Shown: positions 9,062 to 17,671 of the stretch, piece by piece
How positions within the stretch are numbered: the stretch's first letter is position 1
Layout of the letters: the number at the start of each line of letters is the position of its first letter
Assembly: GCA_964535185.1 (NCBI GenBank)
Contig: CAZHSL010000001.1
Coordinates: 1 to 55,689, forward strand
Source of the DNA: an uncultured Corynebacterium sp.
GTDB taxonomy: Bacteria > Actinomycetota > Actinomycetes > Actinomycetales > Dermabacteraceae
Length of the DNA: 55,689 nt
Direction of reading: 5' to 3'
Translations under genes and position numbers: made by a program
Notes under the pieces: model-generated
What the model was told of the DNA's origin: nothing
The model's database searches: none
The model's input: only the letters and a program-made list of their open reading frames with translations

Positions 9062-10392
9062 GCACGACGCCCGCCGTCACGGACGACTCCGTCATCGCCA
9101 GGACCCTCGACGACACCCGCCCCGCCGGCTGGTGGCACCTGCCGGTGGTCACCACCGTGATGGGACTGCTCGCTCTGGTGGCGTTCGGACTGCGCGGGAT
9201 CCCCGGGGTCGACTCCGCCTATGTGGTGGTCCATCCGAGCGACATGAACCCCTTGGGGCTCATCCCCGAGCGGCTCGTGCTGCCCTCGATGGCCGGCTCG
9301 ATCGTGCTGTCGGTGATCGCGCTGCTCGCCTCCGCCGCGCTGTGGGTGCTGCAGGCCCGCGTGGCCCGGCCGCCGGCGCGGGTGCGGATCCCCCTGATCG
9401 GCGTGTTCGCGGTGGCGTGGATCCTGGCCTTCATGACCTGGGTCATCTCGCAGCGCACGCTCGATGTGACCACGCTGCTGCAGGGCACCATCGTGCTCGC
9501 GGTCCCGCTCGCCTTCGGTGCCCTCTCCGGGGTGCTCTCCGAGCGCTCGGGCGTCATCAACATCGCGATCGAGGGCCAGCTGCTGTTCGGCGCCTTCGGC
9601 GCCACCCTGGTCGGCTCGATCACCGGCAGCGTCTGGATCGGCCTGCTGGCCGCCCCGATCGTGGCCATGTTCATGGGGGCGCTGCTGGCCATGTTCGCGG
9701 TCGGGTACCACGTCCAGCAGATCATCGTCGGCGTGGTGCTCAACGTGCTGGCGATCGGGCTCACCTCGTTCTTCTTCGGCTCCGTGATGAGCGACAACCC
9801 CGGACTGTTCAACGCGCCGATGCGCCTCCCCACGCTGCGGATCCCGCTGCTGGCCGACATCCCCCTGGTCGGTGCGGCGCTGTTCGAGCAGAACATCCTC
9901 GTCTACCTGATGTGGATCATCGTCGCGGGCCTGACCGTCGCACTGTTCCGCACCCGCTGGGGCCTGCGGGTGCGCTCGGTCGGAGAGCACCCCAAGGCCG
10001 CCGACACCGTCGGCATCAACGTGAACCTCACGCGGTGGAAGAACGTGCTGCTGGGCTCGGCCGTGGCCGGCCTCGGCGGCGCGACGCTGACCATCGGCAC
10101 CGGAGTCGCCTTCGGTGAGGAGATGTCCGCCGGCAAGGGGTACATCGCCCTGGCCGCGATGATCCTGGGCCGCTACCACCCCGTCGGCGCCCTGCTGGCG
10201 GCGCTGACCTTCGCCTTCGCGGATTCGCTCCAGCTGCGACTGGGCACCATGTCCGCGGGGGAGGGCGGCGTCTCCATCCCCGGCGACTTCCTGCTGATGC
10301 TCCCCTACGTCGTCGCGCTGTTCGCGGTGGCCGGCGTGGTGGGCCGGGTGCGGGTGCCGGCCGCGAACGGCCAGCCCTACATCAAGCAGTGA
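9058..10392 (+). CDS. nucleoside ABC transporter permease 2
   Basis: SERSGVINIAIEG, GEHPKAADTVG, GKGYIALAA; ATGA overlap with permease 1. Confidence 0.9.
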   Translation: MSTTPAVTDDSVIARTLDDTRPAGWWHLPVVTTVMGLLALVAFGLRGIPGVDSAYVVVHPSDMNPLGLIPERLVLPSMAGSIVLSVIALLASAALWVLQARVARPPARVRIPLIGVFAVAWILAFMTWVISQRTLDVTTLLQGTIVLAVPLAFGALSGVLSERSGVINIAIEGQLLFGAFGATLVGSITGSVWIGLLAAPIVAMFMGALLAMFAVGYHVQQIIVGVVLNVLAIGLTSFFFGSVMSDNPGLFNAPMRLPTLRIPLLADIPLVGAALFEQNILVYLMWIIVAGLTVALFRTRWGLRVRSVGEHPKAADTVGINVNLTRWKNVLLGSAVAGLGGATLTIGTGVAFGEEMSAGKGYIALAAMILGRYHPVGALLAALTFAFADSLQLRLGTMSAGEGGVSIPGDFLLMLPYVVALFAVAGVVGRVRVPAANGQPYIKQ

Positions 10393-10405
10393 GACCATCG
10401 AGGGC

Positions 10406-10849
10406 ATGAGCATGAGCGAACGCCCCGTGCGGGGGCCGTCCGGCACCGAGTTCGACGAGCTGCTCAGCGCGGCGCGCGAGATCGCGGAGCGCGCCTACAC
10501 CCCGTACTCGCGCTTCCGGGTGGGTGCCGCCGCCCTCACCGACGACGGTCGCCTGGTGCGCGGGTGCAACGTCGAGAACGCCGGCTACGGCGTCACCCTG
10601 TGCGCCGAGTGCGGGCTGATCAGCGAACTGATCGCCGGCGGCGGCGGGCGCCTGCGCCGCTTCGTCTGCGTGGGCGGCGACGAGAGCCTCGGCCGCGACG
10701 AGCGCACCGTGGTGATGCCCTGCGGCCGCTGCCGACAGCTGCTGTCCGAGCACGCAGCACCGGATCTCGTGATCCTCACCCCCGCGGGCCCGCGGAGCAT
10801 GGACGAGGTGCTGCCGCAGGCCTTCGGACCCGACGACCTCCGACCCTGA
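10406..10849 (+). CDS. cdd: cytidine deaminase
   Basis: AYTPYSRFRVGAA, GCNVEN, LCAE, PCGRCRQ zinc motifs. Confidence 0.93.
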   Translation: MSMSERPVRGPSGTEFDELLSAAREIAERAYTPYSRFRVGAAALTDDGRLVRGCNVENAGYGVTLCAECGLISELIAGGGGRLRRFVCVGGDESLGRDERTVVMPCGRCRQLLSEHAAPDLVILTPAGPRSMDEVLPQAFGPDDLRP

Positions 10850-10928
10850 CCCCACCGGGGCCGACGAGAGCGCGGCCCCGTCCCGCGCGGTCCGTCAGGG
10901 GCCGCCGCCCGACCTCGAGGAGCACCTC

Positions 10929-12239
10929 ATGACCGACCCCGCAGCCCCCGCCGTCGAACCCTTCGACGTCGTGGACGTCATCCGCACCAAGCGCGACGGC
11001 GACCGCCTCGCCGACGAGCAGATCGACTGGGTGATCGACGCCTACACCCGCGGCGTCGTCGCCGAGGAGCAGATGGCGGCGCTCGCCATGGCGATCTTCC
11101 TGCGCGGCATGGAGCGGCCCGAGATCGCCCGCTGGACCCACGCGATGATCGACAGCGGCGAGCGGATGGACTTCTCCGCCCTGTCCAGGCCCACCACCGA
11201 CAAGCACTCCACCGGCGGGGTGGGGGACAAGATCACCCTCCCGCTCGCGCCCCTGGTCGCCTCCTTCGGCGTCGCCGTCCCGCAGCTGTCCGGCCGCGGG
11301 CTCGGCCACACCGGCGGCACCCTCGACAAGCTCGAGGCCATCCCCGGCTGGCGCGCGGATCTGACGAACCACGAGATGATGGCCCAGCTCGAGGACGCGG
11401 GCGCCGTCATCTGCGCGGCCGGCTCCGGCCTCGCCCCCGCGGACAAGAAGCTCTACGCCCTGCGGGACATCACCGGCACCGTGGAGGCGATCCCGCTGAT
11501 CGCCTCCTCGATCATGTCCAAGAAGATCGCCGAGGGGACCGCCGCGCTCACCCTCGACGTCAAGACCGGCGCCGGCGCCTTCATGAAGGACGAGGCCGAC
11601 GCCCGCGAGCTCGCCCGCACCATGGTCGACCTCGGCACCGACGCGGGCGTGCGCACCGTCGCGCTGCTGACGGACATGTCCGCGCCGCTGGGGCGCACCG
11701 CCGGCAACGGCCTCGAGGTGCGCGAGTCGCTCGAGGTGCTCGCCGGCGGCGGCCCCGCCGACGTGGTCGAGCTGACCTGCGCCCTGGCCCGGGAGATGCT
11801 CGAGGCGGCAGGGGTGCGCGACCCCGACGTCGAGGCGGCGCTCGCCGACGGCCGCGCCATGGACTCCTGGCGCGCGATGATCTCCGCCCAGGGCGGGGAC
11901 GTCGATGCGCCGCTGCCGGTCGCGAAGCACGTCGAGGAGGTCCGCGCGAGCGAGGACGGCATGGTCACCGGCCTCGACGCGATGGGCGTGGGCGTGGCCG
12001 CCTGGCGGCTCGGCGCCGGCCGCTCCCGCCCCGGCGAGGCCGTGCAGGCCGCGGCCGGGGTGGAGATCGAGGCGCACATCGGCGACGAGGTCCGGGCCGG
12101 GGACGTCCTCGCCCGTCTGCACACCGATACCGCCGAGCGCATGCCGCGTGCGATCGAGTCGCTCACCGGGTCGTGGACGTTCGCCGCCCCCGGCACTGCG
12201 GCCCCGGCACGCCGGATCGTCAAGGACCGCATCGCCTGA
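10929..12239 (+). CDS. deoA: thymidine/pyrimidine-nucleoside phosphorylase
   Basis: DKHSTGGVGDK, SGRGLGHTGGTLDKLE, SSIMSKK. Confidence 0.95.
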   Translation: MTDPAAPAVEPFDVVDVIRTKRDGDRLADEQIDWVIDAYTRGVVAEEQMAALAMAIFLRGMERPEIARWTHAMIDSGERMDFSALSRPTTDKHSTGGVGDKITLPLAPLVASFGVAVPQLSGRGLGHTGGTLDKLEAIPGWRADLTNHEMMAQLEDAGAVICAAGSGLAPADKKLYALRDITGTVEAIPLIASSIMSKKIAEGTAALTLDVKTGAGAFMKDEADARELARTMVDLGTDAGVRTVALLTDMSAPLGRTAGNGLEVRESLEVLAGGGPADVVELTCALAREMLEAAGVRDPDVEAALADGRAMDSWRAMISAQGGDVDAPLPVAKHVEEVRASEDGMVTGLDAMGVGVAAWRLGAGRSRPGEAVQAAAGVEIEAHIGDEVRAGDVLARLHTDTAERMPRAIESLTGSWTFAAPGTAAPARRIVKDRIA

Positions 12240-12250
12240 GCGGCCCGGTG

Positions 12251-12274
12251 GCCGCGGGGCTCAGCCCCGGCGGC
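12251..12274. terminator. short hairpin between convergent deoA and kinase-NUDIX genes
   Basis: CGGGGC-TCA-GCCCCG core, extendable by GCCG/CGGC; overlaps the stop codon of the minus-strand gene. Confidence 0.3.
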
Positions 12275-13385
12275 TCGGCCCGGTCGCTCCCGGGGCCGAG
12301 CCCGCCTCCCGGCGGCGCAGCGCGGGCAGGATGTGCTGGACCATCAGGGGCGCCAACCGGCCGGCCCCGTGCGGCAGGGCCTCGTCGGTGACGGGGATCC
12401 ACTGGTGGTCCGCGAGCTCGGCCCGCACCTGCAGCGGGGCGGGCAGCGGCGCACGGGTGACGAAGACGCTCGAGCGGACCACGGTGCCCGGCTCGTTCGC
12501 GGCCACCGCCTCGAAGTCCCCCAGCGCCTCGAGGTCCGCGGCCTCCAGCACCGCGCCGAGCTCCTCCTCGACCTCGCGCAGCGCCGCGTCGCGGGCGCTC
12601 TCCCCGGGATCGAGCTTGCCTCCCACCTGCATCCAGGAGCCGGTGCCGTGCTTGCGCACGCACAGCAGCTCGGTGCGGTGGGCGGAGCCGGCCGGGGCCT
12701 CGCGCAGGAAGCACACCGCAGCGATCCGCAGCTGCGCCGCGGCGGCGCCCACCGCGCGGCAGCGCCGCTCGGCCTCGGCCAGCTGCACCAGCTCGCGCAG
12801 TCGGTGCACGGCCGCCCGCAGACCGTACGGGCGCAGACCTGCCCGCTTCCAGCGCGTCATGTCCCGTCCCTGTTGGCGGGCCAGCGCCGTACCCCGCTGC
12901 AGGAGGATCGGGACGCTCTTGCGGTGCTCACGCAGATCGCGCACCAGCCGGAGCACGAACACGACTGGCACCGGGCGGTCCAGCACGATCGCGTCGGCCA
13001 GCAGCCCGGCCGCTGCGAGCGGCGCGATCAGCTCGGCGGCGAAGATCCCCTCGGCGATCAGCACGGGCGCGTCCCCGATCTCGAGCCGTGTGCTGCCGGT
13101 GCGCCGGGACTGCGCGATCGAGTAGGTGGGGATCTCGGCGGCGCCGTCATGGGCGAGCGCCGTGAGCGCTGCCAGCGCCGCGCCGTCGTCCCAGGAGGCG
13201 GGCAGGTCCCAGTCCGGGATGCCGAAACGGCGCGGCAGCGAGGGGTCATCGCCCTCGCGGTAGAAGTCGTCGAGGTTCAGCGCGGGCACTCCGGAGCGGC
13301 GCGCGACCATGCCCTTGCCGCTCCCCGAGGGGCCGGTCAGCAGGACGATCCGGCGCGGGGCCCGGGACGGCGGGGTACTGGTCAC
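12261..13385 (-). CDS. P-loop (uridine-kinase-like) domain fused to a NUDIX hydrolase domain
   Basis: N-terminal LLTGPSGSGKG...LDDFYR...AEGIFA; C-terminal NUDIX box GKLDPGESARDAALREVEEELG; TAGACT -10 8 nt upstream of GTG. Confidence 0.85.
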   Translation of the reverse strand: MTSTPPSRAPRRIVLLTGPSGSGKGMVARRSGVPALNLDDFYREGDDPSLPRRFGIPDWDLPASWDDGAALAALTALAHDGAAEIPTYSIAQSRRTGSTRLEIGDAPVLIAEGIFAAELIAPLAAAGLLADAIVLDRPVPVVFVLRLVRDLREHRKSVPILLQRGTALARQQGRDMTRWKRAGLRPYGLRAAVHRLRELVQLAEAERRCRAVGAAAAQLRIAAVCFLREAPAGSAHRTELLCVRKHGTGSWMQVGGKLDPGESARDAALREVEEELGAVLEAADLEALGDFEAVAANEPGTVVRSSVFVTRAPLPAPLQVRAELADHQWIPVTDEALPHGAGRLAPLMVQHILPALRRREAGSAPGATGPSRRG

Positions 13386-13435
13386 GGCCGTCCAGTCTAG
13401 GACAGCGCCCGCCCCCTCGGATCCGGAGCGCGGCG

Positions 13436-14443
13436 TCAGATCCGCAGCACGACCTTGCTGCTGGTGGGGTCGAAGACCTGGGTGGTGAACGCCTCGGCCG
13501 CGTCCTCCAGATCCAGGACATGGCTGATCACGTGCTCGGCGAGGTCGTCCCGTGCCAGCAGCTGCACCGCGTCCTCGATCTCGGTCACGAAGCGGTAGGT
13601 GCCCCGGTAGTCGATCTCCTTGGAGACCACCGGGCCCAGCGTCACCGGCACCTGGGTGGGAGGCAGGTTCCCCACCTGCACCACGACGGAGGCCCGGGTG
13701 ATCGAACGGAAGATCGCATCCAGGGACGCGGGCGCGCCCGAGGCCTCGAAGGCCACGGTGATCGTGTCGGGCATCCCCTCGGCGGTGCCGAGCGCCTCGT
13801 CGGCGCCGACGGCGAGGGCGCGTTCGCGGGCGGGCTCGGCGAGGTCCACGGCGGTGATGCGCGCGGCGCCCGCGGCGCGTGCGGCCACGATCACCAGCAG
13901 GCCGACGGGCCCGCAGCCGGCGACCAGCACGTGTGCCCCGTCCACGTCGCCCGCGCGGTGCACCGCGTGCATCGCGACCCCCAGCGGCTCGGCGAGGACG
14001 GCGCGACGGGTGTCCAGGCCCTCGGGCAGCAGCACCACCTGCTCGGCACCGACGGTGATCACCTCGGCGAAGCCGCCGTCGGTGTGGGGCTCCTGAGCGG
14101 CGGAGCCGAGGTAGGTCAGCTGCGGGTGGAGGTTGTCACGGCCGCGCAGCCGTGCCGGCAGGGGACCGGTGGTGCGGGCGGGATGGACGGTCACCGGCTG
14201 GCCCGGCGCGAGCCCGGCGACCCCCTCGCCCAGGCGCAGCACACGGCCGGAGACCTCGTGCCCCAGCACGAAGGGGTGGGACATGACGGCGGTCCCGGAG
14301 ATCCCGCTGCGCCAGTAGGCGATGTCGGAGCCGCAGATCCCGCCCCACTCGACGGCGATCTGGACCTGTCCGGGAGCAGGGTCGGGGGCGGGGCGGTCGA
14401 CGACGCGCAGGTCGTCGGGTCCGTGGATCTCCAGTGCACGCAT
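13436..14443 (-). CDS. zinc-dependent medium-chain dehydrogenase, L-idonate 5-dehydrogenase-like
   Basis: GICGSD, LGHE, YLGSAA..PHTDGGF, AEPL, GCGPVG, GTYRF. Confidence 0.8.
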   Translation of the reverse strand: MRALEIHGPDDLRVVDRPAPDPAPGQVQIAVEWGGICGSDIAYWRSGISGTAVMSHPFVLGHEVSGRVLRLGEGVAGLAPGQPVTVHPARTTGPLPARLRGRDNLHPQLTYLGSAAQEPHTDGGFAEVITVGAEQVVLLPEGLDTRRAVLAEPLGVAMHAVHRAGDVDGAHVLVAGCGPVGLLVIVAARAAGAARITAVDLAEPARERALAVGADEALGTAEGMPDTITVAFEASGAPASLDAIFRSITRASVVVQVGNLPPTQVPVTLGPVVSKEIDYRGTYRFVTEIEDAVQLLARDDLAEHVISHVLDLEDAAEAFTTQVFDPTSSKVVLRI

Positions 14444-14520
14444 GGCATGGCCTTTCGGTTCGGGTCGGGTCGGAGGGGATCGGATCGGGCGGCCGATCCG
14501 CGGGGCCGGGGTGGGACGGG

Positions 14521-15294
14521 TCAGGGGGCGATGCGGAAGGACTCGACGGCGCGCATGTGGGCCTCCATCGCCGCGGCCGCGGCCTCGGGGTCGCCGGCCA
14601 GGATCGAGTCGATGATCCGCAGGTGGTCGGTGTGCTCGGAGCCGACCATGTCGTGCAGGTCGCGGGCGGCACGCACCTCCTGCATGGCGCGGAACAGGGG
14701 GATGCCGACAGCCTCCAGCAGGCCCTGCAGGGCGCGGTTCCCGCTCAGCAGGGCGATCTCCTGGTGCAGGCGCAGGTCCAGCCGGGGGTAGAGCGCGGAG
14801 TCGGGCAGTGCGGCGTCGAGCTCCTCGCGCAGGGACCGCAGCCGCTCCGCGCCGTCGACGGGTGCCTCGGCGTGCTCGCCGAAGCGGGCGGCGGCCCGGA
14901 ACGCGGCACGCACCTCGAGCGGGCCGCGCAGATCCATCAGCGTGGTGAAGCTGTCGTCGCGGGACTCGCTGATGGCGCGGGAGAGGTAGAAGCGCACCAG
15001 TCCCGGGTCCGGCGTGCGCACGACGGCGCTGCGGCCGTTGCTGACCTCGATGATGCCGAGAGCGTCGAGGGCGCTGAGCGCTTCCCGGACCACGGTGCGG
15101 GAGACCCCGAACCGCTCCGCGAGGGCGCCGGTCGCCGGCAGGGGATCCCCTGCGACCAGGCCCTCCTGGTCGATCGTGCCCAGCACCGCCTCGCGGACGC
15201 GGTCCGCGAGGGAGTCGCGCCCCACCCGATCGCCTTCGCGGGCGTGCGCGGGCGCGGTCAGGTGCTTCCAGGCGGTGGTGCCGAGGTCTTCCAC
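14521..15294 (-). CDS. GntR/FadR family transcriptional regulator
   Basis: GDPLP...LAERFGVSRTVVREAL HTH; FCD-type His residues (LH, EH, AH); GTG start with AGGAGA RBS. Confidence 0.9.
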   Translation of the reverse strand: MEDLGTTAWKHLTAPAHAREGDRVGRDSLADRVREAVLGTIDQEGLVAGDPLPATGALAERFGVSRTVVREALSALDALGIIEVSNGRSAVVRTPDPGLVRFYLSRAISESRDDSFTTLMDLRGPLEVRAAFRAAARFGEHAEAPVDGAERLRSLREELDAALPDSALYPRLDLRLHQEIALLSGNRALQGLLEAVGIPLFRAMQEVRAARDLHDMVGSEHTDHLRIIDSILAGDPEAAAAAMEAHMRAVESFRIAP

Positions 15295-15346
15295 GGGGTG
15301 TCTCCTCAGGACGGTGCCCGGGCCGTGAGGCCCGGGCACGGGGCGG

Positions 15347-16777
15347 TCAGAACGAGTTCACCAGACCGTAGATGCCCACGAGGACGATCGCGACCGCCGA
15401 GATCCACAGCATCACCATGGTGGGGGCGCCGTCCCGGATCCGCGGATCGGTCTGGGTGTACGACAGGTACAGCGTCGCCACGGCCGCGCCGATGAGGTAG
15501 ACGGCGTTGAGGATGCCCCCGATGATCACCAGGGCCAGCGGGGAGGAGACGGCCGTGCCGAGGATGCCCCAGCTGATCGGCAGGATGATCATGATGACGC
15601 GCTGCCAGCGGTCCCGCGCCTGCTGGTCGTCCCAGTCGTAGGCGCCGAAGATCGCGAGCGTGTGGCCGACCTGCCGGCCGAGGCTCGGCACGTTGGCGAG
15701 GATCGTCTTGAACAGGGCCAGCCCGGCGCCGACGAGGAACACCACACCGCCCCAGCGGCCGACGGCCGAGTCGAAGATCGAGGAGATCGTGACCATGACC
15801 TCGTTGCCCTCCGGGATCAGGCCCTGCGGGTGCAGCACGGCGGCGCCGAGGACGTAGAACGCGGCGGTGGAGACGGTGTAGATGATCCAGGAGACCCAGG
15901 CGTCGACCTTCATCACCGAGATCCATCCGCGGGCACGGCGCACCCAGCTCTCGGAGCCGTCGTTCGGCCCCGTCCAGGCGGCGTAGCCCTTCTCGACCAC
16001 CCAGTAGGTGTAGGCGGTGGTCTCGCCCGCGCCCACGCCCGTCATGCCGAACATCGCCAGTGCCACGCCGAAGGCGCCCGCGGCGATCTGGAAGCGCATG
16101 CCGTCGCCCAGGTCGGCGAGGTTCCATGCGAACTCGGTGCCGCCCAGCAGGAACACCATCGCGATCGCGAAGGCGGTCACCAGCAGCACCAGCACGGTGG
16201 AGATGTTCTCGACGATCGCGTAGCGGTTGACGGCGTGGATGCCGATCGCGATCACCACCAGGATCGCGACCCACACGCCGATCGAGAGCAGCGAGTAGGG
16301 GTCCGGTCCGATCGGGAACAGGGTGCTGAAGGCGAAGGCGGACGCGCTGATCACCCCCGCCTGCCCGATGAAGAACTGCAGGAACATCAGCAGCACCAGC
16401 CAGGAGATCCATCCGCGGCCGCCGATCCGCGGCGGCACGTCCTTGTAGCCGTCCAGCGCGACGCGGCCGGTGGAGACCGACCAGCGGGCCAGTTCGATCT
16501 GCACCCACACCTTGAGGACGGTCGAGACCAGCACCAGCCACAGCAGCATGAAGCCGACCTCGGCGCCGAGCGCGGTGGCGGTGAGCAGCTCGCCCGATCC
16601 CACCACGGCGGCGGAGGTGATCATGCCCGGCCCCAGGAAGCGCAGCTTCCCTCGGAGCCTGCGGGGCGGTTCGCTGATCTGCGAGCCGTCGATCACGTAC
16701 GGGTCGACGTCGGCACCGAGGGTGGTGACGAGGGGTGATCCCGCAGCGGGGTTCGGCGGGGGTGCGGACGTCGACAT
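15347..16777 (-). CDS. Nramp-superfamily-related transporter lacking the DPGN motif
   Basis: LGPGMITSAAVVGSGEL...GAEVGFMLLW N-terminus, about 11 hydrophobic segments; AGGAG RBS. Confidence 0.78.
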   Translation of the reverse strand: MSTSAPPPNPAAGSPLVTTLGADVDPYVIDGSQISEPPRRLRGKLRFLGPGMITSAAVVGSGELLTATALGAEVGFMLLWLVLVSTVLKVWVQIELARWSVSTGRVALDGYKDVPPRIGGRGWISWLVLLMFLQFFIGQAGVISASAFAFSTLFPIGPDPYSLLSIGVWVAILVVIAIGIHAVNRYAIVENISTVLVLLVTAFAIAMVFLLGGTEFAWNLADLGDGMRFQIAAGAFGVALAMFGMTGVGAGETTAYTYWVVEKGYAAWTGPNDGSESWVRRARGWISVMKVDAWVSWIIYTVSTAAFYVLGAAVLHPQGLIPEGNEVMVTISSIFDSAVGRWGGVVFLVGAGLALFKTILANVPSLGRQVGHTLAIFGAYDWDDQQARDRWQRVIMIILPISWGILGTAVSSPLALVIIGGILNAVYLIGAAVATLYLSYTQTDPRIRDGAPTMVMLWISAVAIVLVGIYGLVNSF

Positions 16778-16854
16778 CGACGGATCTCCTCTGGGCCTGG
16801 ACGAGTGGTTCGGCATCGCGCGGCCTGCATGCCGCGCTGCACCGATCGCTCCGG

Positions 16855-16878
16855 AACCTATCACACAGGTAGACAGGT
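16855..16878 (-). promoter_or_regulatory. extended -10 (TG-A-TAGGTT) with adjacent candidate FadR-type operator
   Basis: Minus strand ACCTGTCTACCTGT-G-TGATAGGTT; ACAGGT direct repeat at 16865-70 and 16873-78; GTC-TAC core fits GTM-KAC. Confidence 0.5.
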
Positions 16879-16963
16879 GCGCGTCGGTGCTGTGCCGGCC
16901 GACGTGACCTGATCGAGGCCGGAACGGATGCGCCGGGACGGGTGCGTCTGCCAGGATCTGATC

Positions 16964-17629
16964 ATGACCTCTCTCGACCGCGCTCAGCTCGCCGCCCTCA
17001 TCGACCACACCCTGCTCAAGCCCGAGGCCACCGCCGCCGACGTCACCGCGCTGCTGCGGGAGGCGGAGGAGCTGGGCACCTACTCCGTCTGCGTCTCGCC
17101 CTCGATGCTCCCGGTGGACACGACGGTGAAGGTCGCGACCGTGTGCGGCTTCCCCTCGGGCCAGCACTCCGCGGAGGTCAAGGCGTTCGAGGCCCGCGAG
17201 TCGGTCGACAAGGGGGCCGACGAGGTGGACATGGTCCTCAACGTGGGCCTGGCCCGCGCCGGCGAGTACGGCGCCGTCGAGCATGAGATCCGCGCGGTGC
17301 GGGACGTGGCCAAGGCGCCCGTCGTGCTCAAGGTGATCATCGAGTCCGCCGCCCTCACCGATGAGCAGATCGTCGCCGTGTGCGAGGCGGCCGAGCGTGC
17401 CGGCGCCGACTTCGTGAAGACGTCCACGGGCTTCCACCCCGCAGGCGGCGCGAGCGAGCACGCCGTCGCGCTGATGCGCCGGACGGTCGGAGACCGCCTG
17501 GGCGTCAAGGCCTCCGGCGGCATCCGCACCCGTGAGGCCGCCGAGGCGATGGTCGCCGCGGGCGCCAGCCGCCTGGGCCTGTCCTCCTCGCGCGCGATCC
17601 TCGAGGGCGGCTCGGGCACCGGGTACTGA
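16964..17629 (+). CDS. deoC: deoxyribose-phosphate aldolase
   Basis: [37 protein letters not shown]. Confidence 0.95.
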   Translation: MTSLDRAQLAALIDHTLLKPEATAADVTALLREAEELGTYSVCVSPSMLPVDTTVKVATVCGFPSGQHSAEVKAFEARESVDKGADEVDMVLNVGLARAGEYGAVEHEIRAVRDVAKAPVVLKVIIESAALTDEQIVAVCEAAERAGADFVKTSTGFHPAGGASEHAVALMRRTVGDRLGVKASGGIRTREAAEAMVAAGASRLGLSSSRAILEGGSGTGY

Positions 17630-17645
17630 GCCGGGAGGGAACCGA

Positions 17646-17667
17646 GCGGGTGCCTGCGGGCACCCGC
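17646..17667. terminator. hairpin between convergent deoC and phosphomutase genes
   Basis: GCGGGTGCC-TGCG-GGCACCCGC perfect 9-bp stem. Confidence 0.55.
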
Positions 17668-17671
17668 CTCC

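Noticed and set aside
14452-14495. TCGG(N) short repeats upstream of the dehydrogenase
   Set aside because: Irregular low-complexity spacer with no constant unit or spacers; not CRISPR or a VNTR
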